Below, one piece after another: positions 1 through 10,849 of a DNA stretch of 64,000 bases. A program made the translations under genes and the position numbers. Positions within the stretch are counted from its first letter, which is position 1. Every line of letters starts with the position of its first letter. Under the pieces are notes generated by a model, which worked only from the letters and a program-made list of their open reading frames with translations, was not told the origin of the DNA and did not search any database. Source of the DNA: an uncultured Acidobacteriota bacterium (GTDB lineage: Bacteria; Acidobacteriota; Thermoanaerobaculia; Multivoradales; JAHEKO01); NCBI GenBank assembly GCA_963713825.1, contig CAVQNG010000003.1:896001-960000 (forward strand), in the 5' to 3' direction.

Positions 1-252
1 GATGTCGGGATCGTCACCCGCGACACCACCCGGGTAGATCCTGGCGACGACGCGACCGTCGGTGACTGTCTTCCATTGTTCGGTCAGGTCCCGGAGCAAC
101 ACACCCCAGACCGAGCGCTCGGGAACCAGGGTCGCCAGCTTGACGGTGGTAGGTCGCTGGGCGAAGACCGGCACGGCGAGACTCAGCAGAAGGCCGACCA
201 GGGCAAAGCCGGGCAAGATGCGAAGGGCTATCGATCGTCGGGTAGTGCGCAT
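1..252 (-). CDS. TRAP transporter substrate-binding protein (DctP family), N-terminal part; runs off the window start
   Basis: Not in the ORF track. Manual translation from ATG 252: MRTTRRSIALRILPGFALVGLLLSLAVPVFAQRPTTVKLATLVPERSVWG...RIYPGGVAGDDPDI. Signal peptide plus KLATLxP and IYPGG motifs typical of DctP-family proteins. Confidence 0.8.
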   Translation of the reverse strand, partial: MRTTRRSIALRILPGFALVGLLLSLAVPVFAQRPTTVKLATLVPERSVWGVLLRDLTEQWKTVTDGRVVARIYPGGVAGDDPDI

Positions 253-371
253 GACGAGCTCCTGGCTTCGATCGGGTCGTGTCAGGGGTCCGAGTGGCTC
301 GATCATACTGCCTGGCGGCTTCGATCCCGAATGGGGGTTCTCACTTTCCACCGAGGGCACCTTGTCCGACG

Positions 372-1154
372 TCAGAGATCCTTCTCGTCGACGACCGGCT
401 GGAAGCTGTTCTGGACCGCCGAGTGAAGGTCCTTGGCCAGGGTCTTCCGATCACCACCCTGGAACTGTCGATCACCGAAGGCGACCGTGGCGTCGATGCG
501 GCGCAGCTTGAAGAACTCGAAAGCATGGGGGACGAACGAGGCCCCGCCCCACCAGCACACGGACAGGTGAGCGGGTTGCTCTCGCTCTGGAGTCCGGTAG
601 CTCAGAGACGCGTATGAGACGGGCAGGTTGGATCGCGCTGCGGGCTCGAGGAGAGCGGGTCGGAAGGGCATCACAGAAGCACCGGAAGAGCTGGTCCCTT
701 CGGCGAAGAGAATGACGCCCCGCCCGTGGCCGAGCTGTCGCTCGATCTCTCGCATCACGCCGGGGATCTGCCGCCGTATCTCGCGATCGATGAAGATGGT
801 CTCCACCGATCGACAGAGAAAGCCGATGGCCGGCCAATCGGAGATCTCGGCCTTGGCCACGAAGACGCCTCCCACGAGACTGCCGAGGACAGCTATATCC
901 ACATAGCCGAGGTGATTCGAGACCAGCAGGAAAGGGGCTTTGGGGGGGGCGCCTACAACATTGAGCCGTACTCCCAAAATGATCAACAGGCCTCGGGACC
1001 AGGTCTTGAGGATGAAGCTCTTCCACCGTGCTGCCAGGTGGGGAGACGCAAAAGTGAACAGGAAACCAAGGTGAAGGGTCACTTCGACGCCGAAGGTCCA
1101 GAGGCTGACCAACCCGATCTTGAGCGACGCCCGTAGCCACTTCATAAAGCTCAC
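372..1154 (-). CDS. Lysophospholipid/1-acyl-sn-glycerol-3-phosphate acyltransferase family protein (PlsC/OlsA-like)
   Basis: NHLGYVD (HX4D) and FAEGT acyltransferase motifs, N-terminal hydrophobic segment. Start may be ATG 1145. Confidence 0.9.
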   Translation of the reverse strand: MSFMKWLRASLKIGLVSLWTFGVEVTLHLGFLFTFASPHLAARWKSFILKTWSRGLLIILGVRLNVVGAPPKAPFLLVSNHLGYVDIAVLGSLVGGVFVAKAEISDWPAIGFLCRSVETIFIDREIRRQIPGVMREIERQLGHGRGVILFAEGTSSSGASVMPFRPALLEPAARSNLPVSYASLSYRTPEREQPAHLSVCWWGGASFVPHAFEFFKLRRIDATVAFGDRQFQGGDRKTLAKDLHSAVQNSFQPVVDEKDL

Positions 1155-1303
1155 ACCGAACCTCTCGCTGGGCCCTCGGAAGAGGCTCCGACCTCTCCCA
1201 AGAGCTTCTGCTATCGACGGCGACAGTTTACTCTGGCAACTTGGTCTTCGAGGGTTAAGTCTGATTCAATGGGGCAACATTCGGCCGACAGGAGGCAGCA
1301 CCG

Positions 1304-2938
1304 ATGAAGAAGGTCCGAGTCGCAAATTGGAACGAGCTCGAGGATCGCAAGCCGACCCATGCGCTGGTTGCCGGGGTCGATCTCGTCGTCACGCGCCTCG
1401 ATGCCGAGGTCTCGGTGCTCTATGGGCGTTGCCTGCATCGGGGGGCGCTGATGGCCGATGGCTTCGTTCGGGGAGAGGACCTGGTCTGTGGGGTCCACTT
1501 CTGGGATTATCAGACTCACTCCGGCATCAGCTCCTACAACCCCAAGGAGTGTCTGCAGAAGTTCGCAGCTTGGGTCGAAGAAGGCGGGGTCTGGGTAGAC
1601 GCTGACGAGATCGCAGCCTGGGAGCAGCGTAACCCACAGAACTTCGACCGCAACAGCTACCAGGGTGCCTACCAGGACCCCCACGGAACACCGGTAGAGC
1701 CCCATGTCCGCCTTATCCGGCAGCTAGCCGATGACGGGTTAGAGCAGCTGGGCCACCATGGACCGATGGCAGCGATGGGAGTTCCCTTGACGGAGCTGCC
1801 GAGCTGGGATGACCTCCAGTTCGTCACCGCACAGCTCGCTCGACTGCCGCAGCTCGACGAGGTTCCCATTGGCACCGAGTTGGTGATCGGCCCCAAGGCG
1901 GCAAAACCCCTGACGCTAGAGATTCCGATCTTCGTGTCGGACATGAGCTTCGGCGCCCTCTCTTTCGAGGCCAAAGTCGCCTTGGCGAAGGGGGCCGAGC
2001 TGGCTGGCACCGGCATCTGCTCGGGAGAGGGTGGCATGTTGCCCGAAGAGCAGGAAGCCAATAGCCGGTACCTTTACGAGCTGGCCTCGGCCCGTTTCGG
2101 ATTCTCGATGGACAAGCTCTCTGCCGTGCAGGCCTTCCATTTCAAGGGTGGGCAGGGGGCGAAGACCGGCACAGGCGGGCATCTGCCGGGCTCCAAAGTG
2201 CAGGGCAAGATCGCCAAGGTGCGAGGTCTCGAGGAAGGCGAGGCGGCCATCTCTCCGGCCCGCTTTCCAGGCTGGGAGAGTCTCGACGACTTCCGCGACT
2301 TCGCCATGCAGGTTCGCGAGGCTACCGGGGGTATTCCCGTCGGCTTCAAGCTCTCGGCGCAGCACATCGAGGAGGATCTGGATGCGGCATTCCAGATCGG
2401 GGTCGACTACGTCATCCTCGATGGCCGGGGCGGAGGCACCGGAGCGGCGCCCCTGATCTTCAGGGACAACATCTCGGTGCCGACACTGCCCGCCCTGGCG
2501 CGGGCCCGTCGGCATCTGGACCAGCGCGGCAAGAGTGGCGAGGTCACACTGATCATCACCGGAGGCCTGAGAACCCCGGCTGATCTCGCCAAGGCTCTTG
2601 CCCTGGGGGCAGACGGGGTCGCGGTCTCCAATGCAGCGCTTCAGGCCATCGGATGCCTGGGGATGCGCGCCTGTCACACCAACAACTGCCCCGTAGGTAT
2701 TGCGACCCAGAAGGAGCATTTGCGGGCCCGATTGCCCGTGGAGGAAGCGGCGCAACGACTGGGGAGATTCTTCTCCGCCTCCGTGGAGTTGATGGAGCTC
2801 CTGGCGCGCGCCTGCGGTCATACTCATCTGAACCAGTTTCGGATCGACGACCTGACGACCTGGAAACGAGAAATCGCCCTTCTTACCGGTGTCGATTTCG
2901 GTGGCGTCGTGCAGTTGTCCGAAGACGACGGGGTATAG
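1304..2938 (+). CDS. Rieske [2Fe-2S] domain fused to FMN-binding glutamate synthase-like domain
   Basis: N-terminal CLH...CGVH Rieske ligands; MSFGALS, SGEGG, KGGQGAKTGTGGHLPG, DGRGGGTGAAP FMN-GltS motifs; CLGMRACHTNNC [3Fe-4S] motif; no glutamine amidotransferase domain. Confidence 0.9.
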   Translation: MKKVRVANWNELEDRKPTHALVAGVDLVVTRLDAEVSVLYGRCLHRGALMADGFVRGEDLVCGVHFWDYQTHSGISSYNPKECLQKFAAWVEEGGVWVDADEIAAWEQRNPQNFDRNSYQGAYQDPHGTPVEPHVRLIRQLADDGLEQLGHHGPMAAMGVPLTELPSWDDLQFVTAQLARLPQLDEVPIGTELVIGPKAAKPLTLEIPIFVSDMSFGALSFEAKVALAKGAELAGTGICSGEGGMLPEEQEANSRYLYELASARFGFSMDKLSAVQAFHFKGGQGAKTGTGGHLPGSKVQGKIAKVRGLEEGEAAISPARFPGWESLDDFRDFAMQVREATGGIPVGFKLSAQHIEEDLDAAFQIGVDYVILDGRGGGTGAAPLIFRDNISVPTLPALARARRHLDQRGKSGEVTLIITGGLRTPADLAKALALGADGVAVSNAALQAIGCLGMRACHTNNCPVGIATQKEHLRARLPVEEAAQRLGRFFSASVELMELLARACGHTHLNQFRIDDLTTWKREIALLTGVDFGGVVQLSEDDGV

Positions 2939-3005
2939 CCTGCGATGATTGCACTGCTCCGAACGGGTTGGACAGGTCTTGTGAGTGAGAAAGGAAGCTA
3001 CGCCC

Positions 3006-4994
3006 ATGGCTGAGGACGATACGAAGCCTACCGAAAACACGGGTCGCGTCTGGGAGAAGGCTCTGGACACCGAAGAGCTTGCAGAAGGTCGGGTTCAGGC
3101 GGTGACCTGCCGCCATCAGACGGTATGCATGACCCACTTCAAGGGCCAGTTTGCCGCCCTGGACAACGCCTGCCCGCATCAGGGAGGGCCGCTGGGCGAA
3201 GGTTCGATCGAGGAGGGTCTCCTGCGGTGCCCCTGGCATGGTTGGGATTTCGATCCTCTGACCGGCAAGGCTCCCGGCTTCGATGACGGCGTGGCGACAT
3301 TTCCCGTCGAAGTTCGCGAAGACGGCATCTACGTCGGATTCGACGAGGCCGAGACGCACGCGACGACCGTCTCGGATGTCATGGTGGAGACCATGGTCAA
3401 CTGGGGAATCCGTCATGTGTGGGGCATGGTCGGGCACTCGAATCTGGGGCTGGCGGACGCCGTGCGGCGGCAGACGAAGACGGGCCGCCTCGCCTACTAC
3501 GGAATCCGCCACGAAGGTGCGGCATCGTTCGCGGCATCGGCCTACGGCAAGCTCACGGGTCGCCCAGCAGCCTGCCTGTCGATCGCCGGACCCGGCGCGA
3601 CGAACCTGCTGACAGGGCTGTGGGACGCCCACGTCGATCGATCTCCCGTGCTGGCGCTAACGGGCCAGGTGGACACGCAGGTTCTGGGTCCGGGGGCTTT
3701 TCAAGAAGTGGACCTTTCGGCTGCATTCGGAAAAGTGGCGCAATGGAGCCAGCTGGTCCTGCAGACCAGCAAGCATGTCGAGCTCGTCAACTTGGGCCTG
3801 AAGAGCTCCATCCTGAATCGCGGTGTGTCCCACCTCATCTTCCCAGACGAAGTGCAGACCCTCGACGCACCCGAAGGCGTCGCGGCAGGTGGGCCGGAAG
3901 GTCGCATTCCGAAGCGTGAGATCATGCCGCCGGCTGAGTCCATTGAGAGCGCGTTGGCGCTCCTGGGTAGCTCGAAACGGCCAACGATCATCGTCGGACA
4001 CGGAGCCAGTTCTCATATGGAGCCTGTCCTCACGCTGGCGGAGAAGCTCTCCTGTCCGGTCATCACCACTTTCAAGGCCAAGGGGCTGATCTCCGACCAC
4101 CACCCTCTGGGCTGCGGCGTCCTGGGGCGCAGTGGCACCCCCATCGCCAGCTACTTCATGAACGAAGCGGACTGTCTCCTGGTTTTCGGTGCCAGCTTTA
4201 GCAACCACACCGGCATTACCCCAAAGAAGCCCACCATCCAGGTGGACTTCGACCCCATGGCGCTGGGCAAGTTCCACCAGGTCGAGGTACCGGTCTGGGG
4301 CGAGATCGGGGTCACCGCCGAGATCCTGGCCAGTTCCCTGCCGGACATCGTTCATGCCGAGAGTCAGCGCGAGTCGATCGCCGAACGTTGGGCGATCTGG
4401 CGCCAGGAGAAATCGAAGCGCATGGGCGAGGGCCGAGGCGAGGGAATCTCCTCGGCGGCTATCTTTGCCGCCCTGACGAGACAAGTAGCGGAGAACGCCA
4501 TCATCGCCGTGGACGTGGGCAACAACACCTACTCCTTCGGGCGTTACTTCGAATGCCAGGATCAGGCTGTTCTCATGTCCGGGTATCTGGGCTCGATCGG
4601 GTTTGCCTTTCCCGCTGCCATGGGTGCGTGGGCGGCAACCCAGGAAGAGGATCCCCGGTTTCAGGGCCGCCCGGTCGTCTCGGTCTCGGGTGATGGCGGC
4701 TTCGGCCAGTACATGGGCGAGCTCACCACAGCGGTCAAGTACGGCATGAACATCACCCATGTACTGCTCAACAACAGCGAGCTCGGCAAGATCTCGAAGG
4801 AACAGCGTGCCGGCAGCTGGGACGTGTGGCAGACGGATCTCCACAATCCGAACTTTGCCAGCTACGCTGAGCTCTGTGGCGCACTGGGTATTCGAGTCGA
4901 GGACGGCACCGAGCTCGACGAGGCCCTCGGTCGAGCTTTGGCCCACGAGGGGCCGGCCCTGGTGGAGATCATGAGCGATCCCGAGCTCATTTGA
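3006..4994 (+). CDS. Rieske [2Fe-2S] domain fused to thiamine pyrophosphate enzyme (pyruvate oxidase/acetolactate synthase family)
   Basis: CPHQGGPL...CPWHGW Rieske motif; RHEGAASF, GPGATNL and GDGG...NN TPP-binding motifs. Start ATG 3006 chosen (track start 2985). Confidence 0.9.
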   Translation: MAEDDTKPTENTGRVWEKALDTEELAEGRVQAVTCRHQTVCMTHFKGQFAALDNACPHQGGPLGEGSIEEGLLRCPWHGWDFDPLTGKAPGFDDGVATFPVEVREDGIYVGFDEAETHATTVSDVMVETMVNWGIRHVWGMVGHSNLGLADAVRRQTKTGRLAYYGIRHEGAASFAASAYGKLTGRPAACLSIAGPGATNLLTGLWDAHVDRSPVLALTGQVDTQVLGPGAFQEVDLSAAFGKVAQWSQLVLQTSKHVELVNLGLKSSILNRGVSHLIFPDEVQTLDAPEGVAAGGPEGRIPKREIMPPAESIESALALLGSSKRPTIIVGHGASSHMEPVLTLAEKLSCPVITTFKAKGLISDHHPLGCGVLGRSGTPIASYFMNEADCLLVFGASFSNHTGITPKKPTIQVDFDPMALGKFHQVEVPVWGEIGVTAEILASSLPDIVHAESQRESIAERWAIWRQEKSKRMGEGRGEGISSAAIFAALTRQVAENAIIAVDVGNNTYSFGRYFECQDQAVLMSGYLGSIGFAFPAAMGAWAATQEEDPRFQGRPVVSVSGDGGFGQYMGELTTAVKYGMNITHVLLNNSELGKISKEQRAGSWDVWQTDLHNPNFASYAELCGALGIRVEDGTELDEALGRALAHEGPALVEIMSDPELI

Positions 4995-5018
4995 CGTGAA
5001 TGCCGCTAGGCTCTGTCA

Positions 5019-5894
5019 GTGACAAGCGAAGGCAGGTCGACGGTGTGTCTGGCGGTATTGGTCGGTCTGTGGTTGGTCGGCGCGCTGGCCAGTGCGCAGG
5101 CAGCACCACCGGCGGTCGAGGTCGATTCCTTCCAGGGCACTGACTCTGCTTGGACTCTGGAGCACGATGTCGAAGCCCAGCGAGTGCTCGCTCGTCTGGA
5201 CGACGGCACAGAAGTGGTCCTGGAGATCGACTACGGCGGCCCGGAAGACGACAGGCATCTCGTAGGCATCACACCAATTCTTGCCGGGAAGCGTTTCGAA
5301 GGGGCCTTCTGGGGCTCGACGGCACCGTTGCTTTATCCGCAGCTCGACCCAGAAGAGCACCAGATCGAACGCCTGGACATCCGTGCGGAAGGTGCCGCTC
5401 TATGGGTGAGGTTCGTTGGGGGCAGTTACCAGATCCTCGACCCGGCGGGCCCTGCGGAACCCCTGTTCATGGAGGCGATCTTTCGCCGCCAGGACGATCG
5501 CCTCGTGGTGAACCTCTACGGCCTCTACTATCTACTACCGTCTCTGGCAAGCACCCGTATCGAGCTCGTGGTTGCTGGTGAGCGGTTGACCCGCACAGTC
5601 GAACCCGGTGAGCAGGAAGGAACCAGCCTGGTCTTCGATGGCTCCCAAGTCATCGCCACGGTCAGCGGTGCCGAGAGCCGGCACCTCGAGTACTTCGATC
5701 ACGTCACTCGGGTGGAGATCGACGACTCCCGTTTCGGGCGGATGATTCTCGAGACCTATGTAGAGAGGCTGCAACTGCAAGTGAGTCGACAGCCCGGCGT
5801 CGCCATGGAGCTGTTCGAGCTGGATTTCGATCACACGTTCAAGGATCGAGGACAGCGACGGGTCATGAGCCGTCTTTCGATCGAGCTGCGCTGA
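5019..5894 (+). CDS. Hypothetical exported protein
   Basis: 291-aa ORF with signal peptide (ALASAQA) and gene-like codon use; no family recognised. Confidence 0.65.
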   Translation: MTSEGRSTVCLAVLVGLWLVGALASAQAAPPAVEVDSFQGTDSAWTLEHDVEAQRVLARLDDGTEVVLEIDYGGPEDDRHLVGITPILAGKRFEGAFWGSTAPLLYPQLDPEEHQIERLDIRAEGAALWVRFVGGSYQILDPAGPAEPLFMEAIFRRQDDRLVVNLYGLYYLLPSLASTRIELVVAGERLTRTVEPGEQEGTSLVFDGSQVIATVSGAESRHLEYFDHVTRVEIDDSRFGRMILETYVERLQLQVSRQPGVAMELFELDFDHTFKDRGQRRVMSRLSIELR

Positions 5895-5947
5895 TCTCCG
5901 GGTGCTCTGCTATCTTGGTAGTCGACAAGAACCACAGGAGGGGCATC

Positions 5948-8601
5948 GTGATTGGTGAGACCCTGGGTCACTACCGAATCGTCCAGCTGTTGGGCAAGGG
6001 TGGCATGGGTGAGGTCTACCTGGCCGAGGACACCAAGCTCGATCGCCAGGTGGCACTCAAGATCCTGCCGGCCGAGCTGGCCGGAGACAGCGAGCGGCGA
6101 GCCCGCTTCGAGCGGGAGGCCAAGGCTGTCGCTTCCCTGAACCACCCCAACATCGTCACCATTCACTCCGTCGAGGAGGACAAAGGCTTCCACTTTCTCA
6201 CCATGGAGATGGTGCACGGCAAGTCCCTCTCGGAGCTGATTCCCGAGGGTGGGCTGACGCTGACGCGATTCTTCGATTTCGCGACTCCCCTGGCTGACGC
6301 CGTCAGCACGGCGCACCAGAACGGTGTGACCCACCGGGATCTGAAGCCCGACAACATCATGATGGGCGACGATGGCCGCCTTCGAGTGCTGGATTTCGGC
6401 CTCGCCAAATTGGCCGAGACCGCCAGTGGCGAAGAGGGCCCCGCCGAAGCGCCGACCCAGTCGGTGACGCAGGAGGGCAAGGTCCTGGGGACCGTGGCTT
6501 ACATGTCGCCGGAGCAGGCCGAGGGCAAGGGCGTCGACCATCGCAGCGACATCTTCTCCCTGGGCATCATCCTCTACGAGATGGCCACGGGCCAGCGTCC
6601 CTTCAAGGGCGACACGAGCCTCTCGGTCCTGTCCTCCATCCTGCGGGACACGCCGGGTTCGGTGACCGAACTCAACACTCGACTCCCCCGCCAGCTGGGT
6701 CGCATCGTTCGCCGCTGCCTCCAAAAGGAGCCGGAGCGGCGCTATCAGTCGGCTGTCGACCTGCGCAACGAGCTCGAAGAGCTCCAGGAAGAAGTAGCGA
6801 CCGGAGAGGTGACGCCCGTGGGCCAGGCAGGTCTGCACGCTGCCGCAGACAGTGGCTGGAAGAAGCTTCTCGTGGTTGGTGCGTTGGTTGTGGGCGCCGT
6901 GGGTCTGGGCTTAGGCCTGTGGAGCCTCGTCGGCCGAAAGAAACCCGCGGCGGACCCCGACACAGCGAGCTTCGAGTCGATGCAGATCCGGCCTTTGACA
7001 AGCACTGGCAACGCATTGATCAGTGCCATTTCACCGGACGGCAAGTACGTAGCCTACGTGGACGACGATGGCAGGAACAGGACGCTCAGAGTCAAGCAGG
7101 TCGCTACGGGCAGCGATGTCGAGATTGTCAGCCCAGGAATCATCTGGTTCGCCGATGTCCGTTTCTCACACGATGGCGATTACGTCTTCTACGTCGTGCA
7201 GCCCGAGTTCGATGCCCCTGGTGAGCTCTATCAGGTGCCGACCCTGGGTGGCACGCCACGCAAGCTGTTCGGGGATATCGCTACGGGGGTCAGCTTCTCG
7301 CCTGAAGGTTCCAAGGTCGCCTACTTCAAGGGTGAAGGAGGTCAGTTCGGAAACGAGGTCTGGGTGTCCAACGTGGACGGCAGCGATGTGAAGCAGCTAG
7401 CGTTGGTGGAGCCACCCAAGTTTTTCCTCGGCACTCCGGCCTGGTCACCGAATGACGATCTGCTGGTCATGGTCATGGCCGATGTGAGCGAGTTCAAAGG
7501 ACAACTCGTCGGAATCCCTAAGGGTGGTGGTGACCTGAAGCCGCTCGTGGATCGGAAGTGGGATGGTCTGGGCGAGGTGGCATGGCTGCCGGACGGATCG
7601 GGCGTCGTGTTCACAGTCTTCGAGAGAGGTTTCAGTGGGTTTCAACTGTTCGATATGGACTATCCATCGGGCGAGCTGCACCGGATTACCAACGACGTCA
7701 ATTCCTACATCGGCGTGAGCCTGACCGCCGACGGGCAGCGACTGGCGACCATCCAAGGAGATCGCCGGGCGGAGGTCTGGATTCAGGCTGTGGATCGAGA
7801 AGACTCGTTACGCAAGGTCGATACAACGACGGGCGCCAGCAATGGCGCCGACGGCGTGGCCTGGACAATGGACAACAGGATCGTCTATTCCGCCGACGAG
7901 GGTGCAGAACGGCATCTCTGGTTGATGAACGCTGACGGTAGCGAGGCGAGGCGACTCACGGTGTCTGGGACTCGGCACGCAGAACCCGCAATTCAGCCCG
8001 ATGGCCAGAGCATCGTGTTCGAGTCGTGGGGGGGAGATCAATTCGGCATCTGGTCGATCCGATTGGACGGTACAGGACTCGAAAAGCTGACACCGGATGG
8101 CGCTTTTGGCACTCGAGCGGCTGATCTCTCCCGATGGCGAGTGGCTGCTCTACGAGACCATCTACGAGGGGGACTTCCAGATGGTTCGGCAATCACTGGC
8201 GACTGGAGAGACGCGAGGTCGTACTCACAGGGGATTGCCACTCACCCTCTTGGTCGCCGGATGGATCGCGAATGGTTCTGCATTTCCGAGCCGGAGGGGA
8301 ACGCCTTTGGAAAACCGGGATTCTCACCCCTGACGGCAGCGAGCTTTTGGGGACCTACGACTTCCATTCCGAGCTCGATTCGCCATGGAGTGCCGATGGG
8401 CAGAGCCTCTTCCATGCCGAGACCAAGGATGGCGTCACCAACATCTATCTGATGCCCCTCGACGGGGGTGAGCCGCAGCAACTGACCGACTTCAGCGAGG
8501 GGGAGATCTTCGACTTTGACGTCTCGCCAGACGGCTCGACCCTCCTCATCGCTCAGGGCCGCCGCGTCCGCGACATCGTCCTGATCGACGACTTCCGCTA
8601 G
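5948..8601 (+). CDS. Hanks-type Ser/Thr protein kinase with TM helix and TolB/PD40-like beta-propeller; two frameshifts near 8110-8215
   Basis: LGKGGMGEVY, VALK, HRDLKPDN, DFGLAK, YMSPEQ motifs; TM helix; repeated SPDG motifs. C-terminus continues in ORFs 8097-8333 and 8134-8601. AGGAGG precedes GTG 5948. Confidence 0.88.
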
Positions 8602-8610
8602 CCGGTATCC

Positions 8611-10626
8611 TCAGGGCACGCTGCTCGACCAAGCAGTGAGATTGCCGGACTCGAATCCGTCCGTGAAGATCCTGGCGTCCACGACCGTCACGGTCACAGT
8701 TCCCAGGTTCGAATCGGTCCAACCATCCCAGGCGGCGAAGGTGAAGGTGTCGACGCCGCTGAAGCCGTCGAACGGAAAGTAGGTAGCTGTCGTACCGTCA
8801 AGGGCCACCGTGCCGTTGGCTGGCTGCGAGACGATGCGCAAGGTCAGCAGGTCGCCATCCTGGTCGCTGGCCGCCAAGGCAATATCCACTGGAATTCCAT
8901 TGTCGGCGTCTGTAGAGGCGTTCTGAACGACGGCCGGATGATTGGGACTCGCATCCTCGCTGTCGGGACCATCGTGGCAAGCGTAGCAACCGATCCGAAA
9001 TCCGCGCCAGAAGTGCTTGTCGCCGAAATCGTCGGTGTCGGCGACCCAGTCGGCCTGGGAGTAGGAGAGCACGGTCCCCTTGTAGTCGGTGCCGTGGCAG
9101 CCCTGGCAGGGTGTGTCGTCATGGTCGGCGGCGTCTTTGTGACCCTGGATCCAACTCTGGCCGATTGGGTGCAGGCCATGTGGACCCCCGCTGACGGTGT
9201 TCGGAGTCGTGAGGTGGCAAGCGGTGCACTCCGCCAGTGTGCCCTCATGACCCTGGAGGTCCTGGTTCTGGATGTTGTCGTTGGGATGCGAGGCCGGGAA
9301 GATGGCGTGCGTCGAGCCGTGACAGGCGAGGCAGGACAGCTCCCCGTGGCCGAAGGAGAAACGATAGAGCGAGAAGCCGGCCGACGGAACGTCGGGATCC
9401 GTGGCAAAGGTCTGATTCACCGCCTGCCGAACGTCGTCGTTGGGTTCAAAGACCGAGTCGTAGCGGATCTGACCGTTGTTGTCGATGGCGGTGCCTGTGT
9501 GACAGCTCTGGCAGTTGGGCTGCTCGAGCCAGCCGACCCGGTTCTCGTCTCCGACATCACTCATCTTGCCGTGGCAACCCTGACACTGCATGGCTAGCGA
9601 GCCATCGGCGGCGACTGCCTTGCCCATTGCACCCCGGAGGCACCGGGTATCACTCCCCGGATGACAGCGGTAGCAGGCGGTCCGATTGTCGCTCGAATCC
9701 AGCGACATGCTGTTGGTCGGGTCGTTGACGTAGGCGTGAAGGCCGTGCACGGCGGTGGTCAGCGGCGGGATACCCGCGAGGCCCGTGCCGGGCAGCGCGT
9801 TCGAGCTATGGCAGCCGGCACAAAGCACCGAGATGCCGTCAGTGGCGACCGTAGGGTAGAGGCCTCCGGCGTTGTATCCCATGGTGGCGAGAGCGGCGGT
9901 GTACTTCGCGGACCCACCGTTGTAGTCGTCGTGGAGAAGCAGAATGTTGAGCCGGTAGTCGCGCTCCGGATCGGCATCCCAGATCCACCCACCAAAGGGC
10001 TCGGCATCGTCCGGGGAACCCGAGGCGTGGCAGGCCGAGCAATCCATCTCGTCGGAGACCGGCAGCACGATCGCCGTTTCGGCCAGAAGTGCCCCGCCGT
10101 TGTCTCGCGCCACGAGGCGCATCATTGGGTAGTAGTTCTTCTTTGCGGCATCGTCGTGAGGGGTGATCGGAATCCCGTCGCCGACGAACCAGTCGTGCGT
10201 TGCCTCCCAGTGCATGGGCTGCGGCGTGTTGGCGGCACCCGGCATGGTGTTGCCAGTCAGGCCTTCGTCGACGGGCAGGGCGACACCGAAGAGATCTTGG
10301 GCGTGATCCCAGAAGTTGGTCTTGCCGGCCGAAGTGATGTTGATCGAGCCTTGTGGGTCGGCGATGCCTTCATAGGTAACCGAGACGCCGGCCGGATTGG
10401 TGACCAGGTCTCCGTTCTCGTCGATGAGGTGGGCCTGAATGGTGTTGAAAGGCGGCAGAATGGAGAACACCTCGTAGTCGGCATCCATGCAGTGCATTCC
10501 CAGATCGTTCCAGCCTACGAGAGTCCAGTCGCCGCCGCCGGCCTCGACCGAATCGACGACCCTGCCGACGAGACTCGCGATGAACAACAGAGCGGACAAT
10601 CCGAGAGTGATATTTCGAAGTTTCAT
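8611..10626 (-). CDS. Exported multiheme c-type cytochrome (9 CxxCH) with C-terminal Ig/cadherin-like domain and IFTDGFESG tail
   Basis: Start MKLRNITLG at 10626 with signal peptide; NDLGMHC N-terminal motif; CSACH, CAGCH, CYRCH, CQGCH, CQSCH, CLACH, CTACH, CQGCH, CYACH; DxDGD..PxNG..Y.P..GF.G.D.FTF Ig-like repeat. Confidence 0.88.
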   Translation of the reverse strand: MKLRNITLGLSALLFIASLVGRVVDSVEAGGGDWTLVGWNDLGMHCMDADYEVFSILPPFNTIQAHLIDENGDLVTNPAGVSVTYEGIADPQGSINITSAGKTNFWDHAQDLFGVALPVDEGLTGNTMPGAANTPQPMHWEATHDWFVGDGIPITPHDDAAKKNYYPMMRLVARDNGGALLAETAIVLPVSDEMDCSACHASGSPDDAEPFGGWIWDADPERDYRLNILLLHDDYNGGSAKYTAALATMGYNAGGLYPTVATDGISVLCAGCHSSNALPGTGLAGIPPLTTAVHGLHAYVNDPTNSMSLDSSDNRTACYRCHPGSDTRCLRGAMGKAVAADGSLAMQCQGCHGKMSDVGDENRVGWLEQPNCQSCHTGTAIDNNGQIRYDSVFEPNDDVRQAVNQTFATDPDVPSAGFSLYRFSFGHGELSCLACHGSTHAIFPASHPNDNIQNQDLQGHEGTLAECTACHLTTPNTVSGGPHGLHPIGQSWIQGHKDAADHDDTPCQGCHGTDYKGTVLSYSQADWVADTDDFGDKHFWRGFRIGCYACHDGPDSEDASPNHPAVVQNASTDADNGIPVDIALAASDQDGDLLTLRIVSQPANGTVALDGTTATYFPFDGFSGVDTFTFAAWDGWTDSNLGTVTVTVVDARIFTDGFESGNLTAWSSSVP

Positions 10627-10849
10627 GGCATCTCCCTTCCATGTGCCGACCCGAGTGCCGCGGCGATGAGCTGCCGGGTTGCGTTGTGCCGAGAGGCTGT
10701 GGCCTTGATACTGGGGGGAGTATGTTAGCTGCCAACGGACCTGACTGTGAAGAAAGTCACACCGTCCCATCCCCGCAACCGTTGGCAGAGAATGATCGAA
10801 ACTTTCCTCTTTCGGGAGCGGTAGTGTCGAAAAGAGGGAGGACACGGGT

